A DNA stretch of 63,997 bases, the filler included, from Stramenopiles sp. TOSAG23-3 (taxonomy: Eukaryota): the NCBI GenBank assembly GCA_900128585.1. It is 20 parts of 20 records of this genome, joined end to end, with 100 filler letters (N's around TTAATTAATTAA, not from the genome) between each part and the next. Parts side by side here need not be neighbours in the genome. Positions count along the whole stretch, not along the records: positions 32,213 to 35,327 come from LT644411.1; positions 35,428 to 38,539 come from LT644412.1; positions 38,640 to 41,749 come from LT644413.1; positions 41,850 to 44,959 come from LT644414.1; 16 more parts are not named here. One strand, 5' to 3'. The translations under genes were made by a program, and so were the position numbers. Positions 32,345-42,655 of the stretch are shown piece after piece. Below the pieces are notes generated by a model, which had not been told where the DNA came from, ran no database searches, and was given only the letters and a program-made list of their open reading frames with translations. Each line of letters opens with the position of its first letter. Position 1 is the first letter of the stretch.

Positions 32345-35005
32345 ATGCACGATTCAGACGAGAGGATGAATATTGTTGTTGCACGGACCAGCGTCCCAAT
32401 ATGTTCGCACTGTCGCCGTTCCTCTATTGAACAGTTCTCCAGGTCGCAACGGAAACGATGGCGGCAAAACAAGCCTGCGGTCTGTACGCAGTGCCAACAG
32501 ATGGGGCCAGCGAAGGAAACAAAAACATCTGGTAGGGAACGTCAGTTCACACCAGATGCAATGTGCGTTTGTGTGCCTCAGCCTTATGCTTCACTCATCG
32601 TATCTGGGTTCTACCGTTGTATTCCCACGCGTAGTGCGGAACTGAAGGGGTACAGGGGAACACTGTGGATTGCCAGCAAGGAAAAGCACTCCCGCACCGA
32701 CCTTCTTACGGAGTTGAAATCAATTGAAGTTTTTTGTGATCGGGATGTTAACGTGGCAAACAAGGCAAAACTGTTAAACCACGCGAATCGTTCCTGTTTA
32801 TTGGGGTCCGTAGAGGTGGACGAAGGGGCGTTGAACCCAGTTGAAGAATTTAAAGGCTACTGCCTTGCCGAATACGAAAAGTGCAATCGGTTCGCAATTA
32901 GGTTCCGGGATGCGAAACGACTCGTCCTTCCGCTTCCTATGGATATGTCGGGCGCCAAGTCTGCTATTATCGTGTTACGAAAGAAAATGCTTGACTCGGC
33001 TCGGATGCAGTCGCCTACTCCGTCGCCACCAGTCATGCAGCCTTTGGAATCGTTAAGTTCGCGCTTCGACAGCACAATAAGCGAGCAACCAAATAGCGAC
33101 GAAAGCAAAATCTCCCCAAGCAGGCCAAGGCAGCCAGCGGAGAGTTTCTACGAACGGAACGCATATTCACTATGCGAAGAGAGTTCCGTTCCCCAAGACA
33201 GTGTCACGATAGTTTGGTTTCGCCAGGATCTACGGATACAGGATAACCCTGCGTTGTACAATGCCGCAAAAACTGGGTCAAGGTTAGTCTTTGTGTACAT
33301 CCATCCCAAAGACAGCGAAGAAGGCGGCTGGCCAATGGGCGAGGCAGCAAGAGTGTGGACGAAGCACGCCCTTATGAACTTGTCGCGTTCGCTGTTCTCT
33401 CTTTACAATAGCCCGCTGCTCATGGCCAACGCCGCGTCGTTTGAGAATGGTACGGCCGGGGCACTGCAGCGCTTGGTCAGCAGCGTCGGTGCAGGGGCGA
33501 TATTTTACAACAGAGTGTACGAGCCATGGAAGTGCGCCCAAGACAAAGAGATTCAGAGATATTTTGAATGCTTCGGAGTTAAAATGGTATCGTTCAAAGG
33601 CGTGGTAATTTATGAACCGTGGGAGGCCCGATGCGACGAGAAAGATGCTGCCATGAGATTAGGCTTTGGAAGTGTAGGTTTCTTTCTTAGAGCATGCCAA
33701 AATATTGAAATCGATTCAATCCCGCTGCGAGAGCCAATGCACGCGAATGGGTACCAGTTCAGAAAGGGGAATGTCCCGCAATATTTTTGCTTTGATGCAG
33801 ACGATCTGAATCTGTACTCACTCCCAAAGAGGCACGCTTGTGAGAAGGACAAACGGTGGGGGAGAAAGTCTTGTAAGTTTTGTGCTGTCAAATACGGAAT
33901 CGTTTCCGACTCCCTTTGTCCCCACGGTCGATCGGGCCCTATTGATTGGACGATCAACATGACAGAATTTTGGGACATGTCCGAACATGGCGGCCAACGA
34001 GCCTTGGCCGAGTTTATGGACAATGGTATTACGGAATTTGAAACACGCGAGAAGCACCGGGGCGATAAGAAAGGAACATCTCTGCTAAGCCCCTACGTTC
34101 GCTTTGGCCAACTGTCGGCGCGCCAAATTTTGTATGAAGTGAAAGCCAAGTATGGCAACGCGGCATCCCGTTCCTATCTGAGAAAGTTTGCATGGCGGGA
34201 CCTGAGCTACTGGTTTTTATGGCGTTTCCCGAACGTATGCGACGTCAGTTTTAGACCGCATTACGAAAAGCAGTCCTGGACATACGACGAAAAACTACTT
34301 CGAAAGTGGCAGGAAGGGAAAACGGGGTTCCCGCTCGTAGACGCTGCAATGCGGCAATTGTGGTGCGTCGGTTACATGCCAAACTACCTTAGGCATGTCG
34401 TTGCAGGGTTTCTGATTGAATATTTGAACATGGATTGGAAGCATGGGTTCAAGTGGTTTCACGACACGCTTGTCGACGCAGACGTAGCCATCCAGGCGTA
34501 CATGTGGCAAAACGGTGGGGGGTGCGGCACCGATTCGTGGAATTTTGTAATGCACCCTGTGAATGCCGCAAAAGCGACGGACCCAGAGGGAGACTATGTG
34601 CGGAAGTGGGTCCCGGAGCTGAGGCATCTGCCTGCCGGGCTCATCCATTGCCCGTGGGAGGCCGACTTGGGGACCCTTTGTGCCGCGAACGTGCGGCTAG
34701 GAGGAACGTATACACGTCGCGTTGTAAAGGACTTGGAGCGCGCGCACCGAAAAAACTTCAACGCGGTCATGAACATTCGGGATGGAATTGGGAAGAAATA
34801 CATCCTGCCCTCTGGCCACGAGGGCATTGTTTTGGATAATGGAAAAGTTGCTGTCTGCATCACACGAGTTGATTACAGAGAAAAAGAAATCTGCACGTTC
34901 CAAACCCCTGAAGAGAAATGGGATAAACGAAAACGGTTGGCGAATGGTGATATTCGAGGCCATGTCTTGCGCCAAGAGATTATGAACCATGAGAAACGCT
35001 GCTGA
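32345..35005 (+). CDS. Cryptochrome/photolyase (plant-like CRY type) fused to an N-terminal Cys4 zinc finger and ASCH domain
   Basis: IVWFRQDLRIQDNPAL, TSLLSPYVRFGQLS, WQEGKTGFPLVDAAMRQLW, LVDAD, DPEGDYVRKWVPEL. N-terminus has CSHC...FSRSQ...CTQC and QPYASLIVSG...YRGTLWIAS...CLLGSVEV. Start ATG 32345 (or 32366). Confidence 0.9.
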   Translation: MHDSDERMNIVVARTSVPICSHCRRSSIEQFSRSQRKRWRQNKPAVCTQCQQMGPAKETKTSGRERQFTPDAMCVCVPQPYASLIVSGFYRCIPTRSAELKGYRGTLWIASKEKHSRTDLLTELKSIEVFCDRDVNVANKAKLLNHANRSCLLGSVEVDEGALNPVEEFKGYCLAEYEKCNRFAIRFRDAKRLVLPLPMDMSGAKSAIIVLRKKMLDSARMQSPTPSPPVMQPLESLSSRFDSTISEQPNSDESKISPSRPRQPAESFYERNAYSLCEESSVPQDSVTIVWFRQDLRIQDNPALYNAAKTGSRLVFVYIHPKDSEEGGWPMGEAARVWTKHALMNLSRSLFSLYNSPLLMANAASFENGTAGALQRLVSSVGAGAIFYNRVYEPWKCAQDKEIQRYFECFGVKMVSFKGVVIYEPWEARCDEKDAAMRLGFGSVGFFLRACQNIEIDSIPLREPMHANGYQFRKGNVPQYFCFDADDLNLYSLPKRHACEKDKRWGRKSCKFCAVKYGIVSDSLCPHGRSGPIDWTINMTEFWDMSEHGGQRALAEFMDNGITEFETREKHRGDKKGTSLLSPYVRFGQLSARQILYEVKAKYGNAASRSYLRKFAWRDLSYWFLWRFPNVCDVSFRPHYEKQSWTYDEKLLRKWQEGKTGFPLVDAAMRQLWCVGYMPNYLRHVVAGFLIEYLNMDWKHGFKWFHDTLVDADVAIQAYMWQNGGGCGTDSWNFVMHPVNAAKATDPEGDYVRKWVPELRHLPAGLIHCPWEADLGTLCAANVRLGGTYTRRVVKDLERAHRKNFNAVMNIRDGIGKKYILPSGHEGIVLDNGKVAVCITRVDYREKEICTFQTPEEKWDKRKRLANGDIRGHVLRQEIMNHEKRC

Positions 35006-35427
35006 ATCTATTATTTTCACTGTTGCTATTTACTTCTCTATCTATATTAATATTAAAAGCATGTTCAACATTCTTCAGAATTACCTTTCTGTATATATTA
35101 TGGTTAAAATACAATATATAGGAATAGCACTGAAAATCACATTTTTTTAATTTAATTATTATTATTTTGATGAGATGACCACCTCTCCTCTCTCAGTCTC
35201 TCTCAGTCTTCTCGGCTCAGCAGAGGTATTAATAGCTACCATAATAGCAAAAAAAAAAAAGAAGAAGAAGATAAAAATGAATTGCATTTTTTGATGCGGC
35301 GTGTTTTTTTTTTACAGAGTGCATGCANNNNNNNNNNNNNNNNNNNNNNNNNNNNNNNNNNNNNNNNNNNNTTAATTAATTAANNNNNNNNNNNNNNNNN
35401 NNNNNNNNNNNNNNNNNNNNNNNNNNN

Positions 35428-35429
35428 GA

Positions 35430-35500
<71 letters not shown>
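35428..35500. repeat. (GAAA)n microsatellite at contig start
   Basis: Perfect GAAA run of about 18 units. Confidence 0.95.
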
Positions 35501-35501
<1 letters not shown>

Positions 35502-35881
35502 AGAGATTTACTTTTTGGAGAGGAGGAAGTAAGAAAATATACTTTACAATACTGTTTACCTGTATGTATATGTTTTTACTGCGTGATGCAGCAAGCAGTA
35601 TCATATAACAAAAAGAGAGGAGGAACGAAGGTGGTGAGTGTGTGCGCAGAAGAAAAAAGAAAGGAAGGAAGGAAAATAATAATAAAAAAGAAGAGGAACG
35701 GAAAGAAGGAAATCGATAAGCTAATGACTAGTTTCATGTTTCCTCCTTTTCACGTACAGTAAGATGCATTCTGTTGCATTAATTATAGTACGCAGCGCAC
35801 ATAATTCGGATTCAGATAACCTCTTTTCCAAATTTAAAACAACCCATCCAACTGCAGTCTTATTTTTGTCAGTTTAGTACC

Positions 35882-37090
35882 ATGGCGTTAAGACTGTCGA
35901 GCAAGTGGCGCATGGGGCTCTCCCTGTGCCTAATTTGCTTCTTTGTCAGCAAACTGGCTGTTGGGGTAGACATGCGTGCTGGCGTACACGGCAATGGCGA
36001 TAAAACGAAAGGTGGCAAGGATGAAAAGAAAGGCAACAAGACCTCGTCCGTGGAGGAGATAGGGACTGCGGAAAATCTCAAATCCAGATCGTACGACCAT
36101 GGGCTACTCAAACTACTTGGTACCAAGTCGTTTGTCCCGGGATATTTGTGTCAAATATGTGAAGACGTCGCGGAAACATTCCGTGACACTAATAAGTGCC
36201 GTGGGATCGATGGAGACGAAAAAGAAACGAACCACGACGGCGAAGAAGCAAGCCCCCGTGCACAAGTAGACCTGACCCCATGCAAACCTCCGCACCATTG
36301 TACCTTGTGGAAAGATCAGAAGAAACGTGACAAATGTAGTAGCCTTCAAAGGGCGTGGCGGCAAGACAAACAAATATTAGATATTGTATACAACCGGCAC
36401 CCTCCCCTACAAAGTTGCATACAGCTGGGCATGTGTCGAGAAGAACAAGATACAGAGGGAGAGGCATGTGCCTACGTATTAAACTCCAACGAATGCAGGG
36501 ATGATATGAATTGCGATAGTTCCAAGTGCCCATCGGACGACTGTATGGCATGCTACTGGCTAGTGAAAACGTGGCCAATGTTCGGGGAAATCTGCACGCC
36601 TGGTGGAAATAAGAACCCCCCAAAAGGGGGAATGACTTCGAAAGATTTTTATAGGAGCGCCCTAAGGGCAAAGGGTTCCCCGTCTCTATCCAGAGATTCT
36701 CCATCCCAGAAAATACTGCCAAATCCGGCTACTTTGTCAAACGAGTGTTACGAAATGTGGGACAGATTTGTCTTTTCGCCGAAGGCTAGGTATATGATAT
36801 CGTACGTTAACCAGTTAGGAGTTGCCCAAAACAACGAGTGGGGGGCTACGGCATGGGACGCAAATACAGTATGCAAATGTTTGTCAGAATGTGCATATGA
36901 CGAATACCAGGCTCCTCAAGTAGAACAGGCGTGTCGTGGCAACGCTCTTGTAAACCAACCAGGGGTGCTGAGCTCGCTATTTCCAGATCTAGGAGAGGAG
37001 CAAGTGCACAACAAACAGAAGACGCAAAATATCCACATCGGGGCAAAAGATAAAGAGGAGGCAAAGGAATGGTGGAATCATGGCAATTAG
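35882..37090 (+). CDS. Secreted Cys-rich protein with two saposin-like Cys patterns
   Basis: Signal peptide, then CQICEDVAE...PPLQSCIQLGMC and CMACYWLVK...ANTVCKCLSEC. Confidence 0.65.
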   Translation: MALRLSSKWRMGLSLCLICFFVSKLAVGVDMRAGVHGNGDKTKGGKDEKKGNKTSSVEEIGTAENLKSRSYDHGLLKLLGTKSFVPGYLCQICEDVAETFRDTNKCRGIDGDEKETNHDGEEASPRAQVDLTPCKPPHHCTLWKDQKKRDKCSSLQRAWRQDKQILDIVYNRHPPLQSCIQLGMCREEQDTEGEACAYVLNSNECRDDMNCDSSKCPSDDCMACYWLVKTWPMFGEICTPGGNKNPPKGGMTSKDFYRSALRAKGSPSLSRDSPSQKILPNPATLSNECYEMWDRFVFSPKARYMISYVNQLGVAQNNEWGATAWDANTVCKCLSECAYDEYQAPQVEQACRGNALVNQPGVLSSLFPDLGEEQVHNKQKTQNIHIGAKDKEEAKEWWNHGN

Positions 37091-37209
37091 ACAATGTCGA
37101 TCATCAAATGTTGCGTAACTAATTTACTAACAGTTACTCTACGTCTTTTAACTAAATATGGAAGAGTATGGCACACCTCACACCGACCTAACGTTCGTAC
37201 TCTTAATTC

Positions 37210-37950
37210 TTACATCAAACATACATAAGTCCCACCGCTAGAACCCGTCCTGCGAGACGGAGGCCCAACATTCTTCATTTTGGCCTTGTAAGCTTCTAAA
37301 ACATGTTTTGAATTTGCCTTTTTCTGCAACGAATCAAACTTTTTCATATTTACCTGTCGGTATGCCCGCTTCGTCCGTTGTACCCGTTCCTTTTTGTTAA
37401 TTTTAATGATCCCCGCAAAATTTTCTGTCGACGTAACAGGTTGGGCCTGTTTGTGTAAACGCTTGGCCTTCGTCGGGGACAGTGGAGTACTGAATGTCAA
37501 AACTCTTGGCGACACTGGAAGCCGGGATCTGTGTGGGTCTTGGCGGGCCAAACTTGTTTCGTTGTATCTGACTTGCCGTGTTTTCAGCTGCTGAAATGAC
37601 AATTCCGCCTCTAATGCTGTTGGGGGCCTACCTGAGGTTTTCTGTTCTACCGACCGAACGATGGAGTTTGTTCGTTTTCTTGGCAGTACTTGTTGTTTTT
37701 CTACTTCGGCATTAAACGTGCTGTCTTCTTTACCTTCACCTTTGTTGCCTATTATATTTTTCAACGCTCCTTTTTCTACATATTTTTCGAAGCTGGGGCG
37801 ACGTTTCGCAAAACGCAAATTAACGTTGGGCTTCTCGTGTGGTTGCAAACGTTTGGAGAACGCTTGGGGAGGGCGTTCAGACTGTACATTGCCCTCTTTA
37901 CTTCCTGTCCCGTGGTCCTTCCGCGCAGGGTTGGTAGGTCGCTTCCCCAT
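37210..37950 (-). CDS. Basic low-complexity protein of unknown function
   Basis: 246-aa ORF convergent with the previous gene, coding-like GC content. Confidence 0.55.
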   Translation of the reverse strand: MGKRPTNPARKDHGTGSKEGNVQSERPPQAFSKRLQPHEKPNVNLRFAKRRPSFEKYVEKGALKNIIGNKGEGKEDSTFNAEVEKQQVLPRKRTNSIVRSVEQKTSGRPPTALEAELSFQQLKTRQVRYNETSLARQDPHRSRLPVSPRVLTFSTPLSPTKAKRLHKQAQPVTSTENFAGIIKINKKERVQRTKRAYRQVNMKKFDSLQKKANSKHVLEAYKAKMKNVGPPSRRTGSSGGTYVCLM

Positions 37951-38459
37951 TGCTATATAAAGCTACGAAGATCCAATCTGCTCGTGTAAGAGTTGTTGTT
38001 TTTGAGTCCAGAACGGAATTATGGACTCACTATTCCAAAACTGACAAACGGTTTAATGGTGGCGACTGACCTCCGAACAAGGCGGCAATGGAATTATTGA
38101 CTTCAACAATACCACCAAAGAAGAAGGGGAGAAGGAGGAGGAGGAAGAGAGAAAAAAAGATGACAATGTCATTACTTTGATAGATAAGGAAAAGCATAAA
38201 AAGTAGGAATGAAAACAATACCAGCAAAATTAATAACAAAATATTATTCTAGTTTATATTTCCTTAATCTAAATCATCAAACATGATGACTCCTCTCCTT
38301 TTCAAGAAAAAAGATAAGATGAGGTGAAGAACGAAACGCGTGTAACCGTTGCTTCTCCTTTTTCCTTCCTTAGTCTTCTAATCTTCTAATACGGTATAAT
38401 AATAGTGTATTTAAAGGCTCTTATTATAATGTAATTATATAGTAGTTTTTAAAAAGAGC

Positions 38460-38460
<1 letters not shown>

Positions 38461-38520
<60 letters not shown>
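38461..38520. repeat. (GAAA)n microsatellite near contig end
   Basis: Perfect GAAA run. Confidence 0.95.
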
Positions 38521-39418
38521 GTCGAAAGAAAGAGTCGAANNNNNNNNNNNNNNNNNNNNNNNNNNNNNNNNNNNNNNNNNNNNTTAATTAATTAANNNNN
38601 NNNNNNNNNNNNNNNNNNNNNNNNNNNNNNNNNNNNNNNAAATCGGTCCAGGGGTTGTTATCTGTGGGTTGAGATGTCGGGGGAGGGTCGTTTGCGGTAT
38701 TTTCGATCGGCGGTGCAAGAGCCAAGGTTCGGTGGCGTGCCTTCGTCCTACTTCTCTTGAGTAATTCTTACGTAAGATTTAGCGACTTATTATAGTATTC
38801 TAATTGTATTATTAATCCTATTTAATTATATGGAATAAATACGAAGTCTCTAATTCCACTATTATAATTGAAAAGACGTTAGCCTCGAAAAAAGAAGAAT
38901 GTTGGTTGGGGCATTCATTATTATTTTTATATTAATGTCTATGCTGTGTTCATATTATTATTGATTTACCAACGACTAGTTTTTCAATTCTTCTTCTTCT
39001 TCCTCTTCTTTCTTACCAAAAAAAAAGAAGAAAAAAAGAAGAAGAAAATAATATCTCATTTTTTTTAATAAATTGACAACAAGAAAAAAAAATGTACTAC
39101 GTTTGTCGTAGTAAGCAGACATGGATGATTCAATATAAATTAATATAGACACACAATGGAGGGAGGATGATAAAATTATTATTTTATTATGTTTTACCAC
39201 CAATATCTACTGTAATTATAGCGAATTGCCTTTATTTAACCCCATTCATACTAGTTTCATACGTTTCTCATGTGTTTAAACTATGTATTATACGATTCGA
39301 AGGATTATTGATCAGTTTCAGCATTGAAGTAACAACAGATTAAAGTAAAATCAAAATTGACTCGGGGCAGAGACCGTTAACTTGAGTTTGACCCTTGTAC
39401 CCAGTTACAAAAGGTACC

Positions 39419-41749
39419 ATGCCGTTCTCGTCTACGCTGAAACCCCCGCGGCCAAACTCTGCAGGCGTTGTAAAGCTTGCAAAGCATTCCGGCAGCAACC
39501 GGCCATCTACCGCCCATGCCTTCTCCAAGAGCTCTATTGTAAGTGCAAACCAACGCTTTGACATTTGTGGCCTCGTCTCTCTCTCCCCTTTCTTTGCAGC
39601 GCAAACAAAACCCTTACAAATTGCGGCACCAAAACCATAATTGTTTCTCTTTCTACTACTTTGTGTGTGAACTTCTCTCCTCTACGGTTTCGAACCTCTA
39701 CCCCTCCTCTCTGTGGTACGTACAGTAGCAGCTGGCACTAGGAACAAAACTTTACTAACCATTATTTTTTTCTCTCACTCCTCACTTTTTAGCAAACACA
39801 TGTAACTCTGAAACAAACGTCTACCGGTCGGGTTCGCATATCAACAACGCAGGTTAGCAGCAACGCGGCGAACGACTACGATGACGAGTACGAAGAGAGG
39901 GAGCGCTTACGCGAAGAACGAAAACTGAAGCGAACGATAAGAATTGCAACGCTGTATGGTATGAACAGCACGGCCAAGCTTCCAACGGCAAAACGCAAGA
40001 AAAAGCGTCCAAAAACAGCCCCTGCGAAGAAGAAAATGCTCACAAAACGTCGAATGCAGGAGGCAGAGGAAAAGGAGCGCCACAAGTACACTTACTTGCG
40101 CCACGATTCTCACAGGTTTGTCCGAGGCGCCCAGTCTTTTGAAATGTTAACGAACGTTGATGGTTCACCCCGTGACCCAAAAGCAGCTGCGCGCGCCGCT
40201 CGAGACATATCTATATCAAAGCGTACGTGGAAAATGGGGTACAACAATGCGATTTCAACTAGGCCGGTGTCCGGAAAGAAGCTGGAAGTAGACAGTCAGG
40301 GGCGGGTAAAGCACAAGCCAAAACTTGGGAAAGGGTGGCCGTACGATACGTCCCTGAACCGCCCGGACTTGGTTAGGGGCCCGGAGCCATGGCAGCCACC
40401 CCTGACGAACAAATTTCCAAAGGACTGGCCAAAGACAGACTATGATGCGGAGTCTCCCCGGGGGATGCATTATCCGTGGTCTCCACCGCGTCGGCCGAGC
40501 TCGGCACAGGAACCGTTGATTGGAAGCCCAAAGAACGTATATTCAAAGGGCAGGGACAAGAGTTTGATGGCTTCGTTGAGACCCAGCGAGTACTACCAGA
40601 ACCAACACGACGAGCAAGTAGAATTGCTGCGTGAGCGTTTTAACACAAAGTTAGAGCTAAAACGACAAAAATCTGCACGATCGTCGAGAAGAATGGTTAG
40701 GTCCGCAACCACGAACGGTAGACTTAGCTACCCGTCGACTGCGGGCAGCAGTCGTCGACGGCCACCAACCGGTTCCTCTACGATTAGCACGAGCCGTCGA
40801 GTTCAGTTCAATGCCGAGTCACCAATGCGTGGAAAGTTGCGGCCTCGCACGGCAGTTTTACAGGAACGAAGTCCTAATGTAATGAGAAGCGATAGGCCGA
40901 ACACGGCAGAGATGACCCCAAGCCCCGCTCGTCGAATAAAAATGAGACCCAAATCTGCAATGCCAAAGGTGCGCCCCCAAACTGCATCACGAAATAGAGG
41001 AAAAAAGCTTGGTGGTATAAGGTCTCAAAGCGCCAAACCATCGTTTGCTGGGGATTCCCCGTTTCGCACCAAAGGCCCAGGGAGGAGCGCTGGGCGATCA
41101 CGGCCGAGCACGGGAGGATTTAGCCGGTCAAACCAGCGATCCCCCCCCCAGAACAAGAGGCAATTGAACAAAAAACGCAGCTTTTCTGCTTCGCTGGCCG
41201 ACTTGAGAAAGATAAAGGGAAAAGGGGCACCCCATCACTTACGGCCTACGACCGCGACGAAAACGAAGAGAAAATACCGGGTAGGGTTGTGGCCGAGTGG
41301 GAGATGGAAGTACGAATTTGGGGAGCATCATACACACCACAAAAAATCGCAGAAAGGTGGAAAATTCAAAAGTTCTGGCAGCGAGGAAATCCACAGCGAT
41401 GGTGACAGCGATTTATCGGATGCAGAAAGTGTCGACGAAAACGGGGAGACTGCAAAGCAGAGGTACGCAAGAAGAAACAAAGATGCCAAAAAGCGTCCTA
41501 TGGTTGCAGGGCAAAAGAAGGCCAAGAAAATGTTTGAATCCTCGTCCCTGGCCACATATACTGTAATGAGAAGCGCCCCTTTGAAGAAGCAATTGCTAGA
41601 AGAAATGTTGCACGCGAAAGAAAAGGAGGAGACAAAACGCGTACATTTACGCAACGACGCGTGCGCGTGGTTGCTGAACCACCCAAGGTTTAAAAAGATG
41701 CCCATGGTTCGGTTGTGGAAAAAATTCTCCCCCATAGCGATAGAAAACA
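39419..41749 (+). CDS. Two-exon, 3'-truncated basic disordered protein with many RPx(S/T)(A/G) motifs; exons 39419-39538 and 39793->41749
   Basis: Phase-0 intron 39539-39792 (GTAAGT...TACTAAC at 39753...TAG). Exon 2 is open and in frame with ORF 39961. Both exons contain the same motif type. Confidence 0.8.
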
Positions 41750-41849
41750 NNNNNNNNNNNNNNNNNNNNNNNNNNNNNNNNNNNNNNNNNNNNTTAATTA
41801 ATTAANNNNNNNNNNNNNNNNNNNNNNNNNNNNNNNNNNNNNNNNNNNN

Positions 41850-42245
41850 TACAAATGGCCGCCGCGCACGTTCCCGTGCAATATTACATTACAAATATAT
41901 TCTGACAATCATGTAAAAACAGTCTAACTATCCTCAAATCACGTACTTATATACACAACAAAAGCTTTAAAGGTGTCCCGAAAAGTCTCCCATACTTTTC
42001 TTCCAAACATTCGACCATCTCCCACACCCACACACTCAACCGCATGCCCTACCCAGAAACACCCTACAAATGGCCGCCGGGCACGTTCCCATGCAATATT
42101 ACAATACAAATATATTCTGACAATCATATAAAAACAGTCTAACCAACCTCAAATCACGTTCTTATATACAACACAAAAGCTTTGAATGTGTCCCGAAAAG
42201 TCTCCCTTACTTTTCTTATACACATTTGACTATCTTCCACACCCA
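41850..42245. repeat. ~215-bp tandem repeat, nearly two copies, at contig start
   Basis: tacaaatggccgccg...cacgttccc starts at 41850 and again at 42065, with shared internal blocks (aaatatattctgacaatcat, gtgtcccgaaaagtctccc). Confidence 0.85.
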
Positions 42246-42655
42246 CCTTTACATGCTATACGTGCTCTTGAATGGCCGTCTCAAACACACACAGAAATGG
42301 GAGAGCGGGCCAGTCCGAGACCGTGGTTTTGTACAAATATATTATGTTATACGTATTAAAATGGAATATATGGAGCTGAGTTGGTTTTTTGTGGTTATCT
42401 TGAGACCTTCAAAGTGTTTCGAAACCCCTCCCTTCTGCCCATCCAGATTTTGAACAGTTCTTTGCCGCACCCTTGCTTTCCCACAAACCCCTCGAAAAAG
42501 GCAGGACGGGCCCCGACGAGCAACAATCAAAGGAGGCTCTTTTTTTGTATTGTAGATTCCATTTCAAATTTACTGAGTGTAAGATTTTGTAAATGTAAAT
42601 TGTTTTTAGAAGAGTATACCGAGTGAGTAAAAAGAAATGTTCACTCACTTAAACG

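Noticed and set aside
39340..39604. Minus-strand short ORFs or a possible structured RNA in a GC-rich island
   Set aside because: Better explained as exon 1 of the plus-strand gene starting at 39419; no RNase P/MRP or snRNA motifs were seen.
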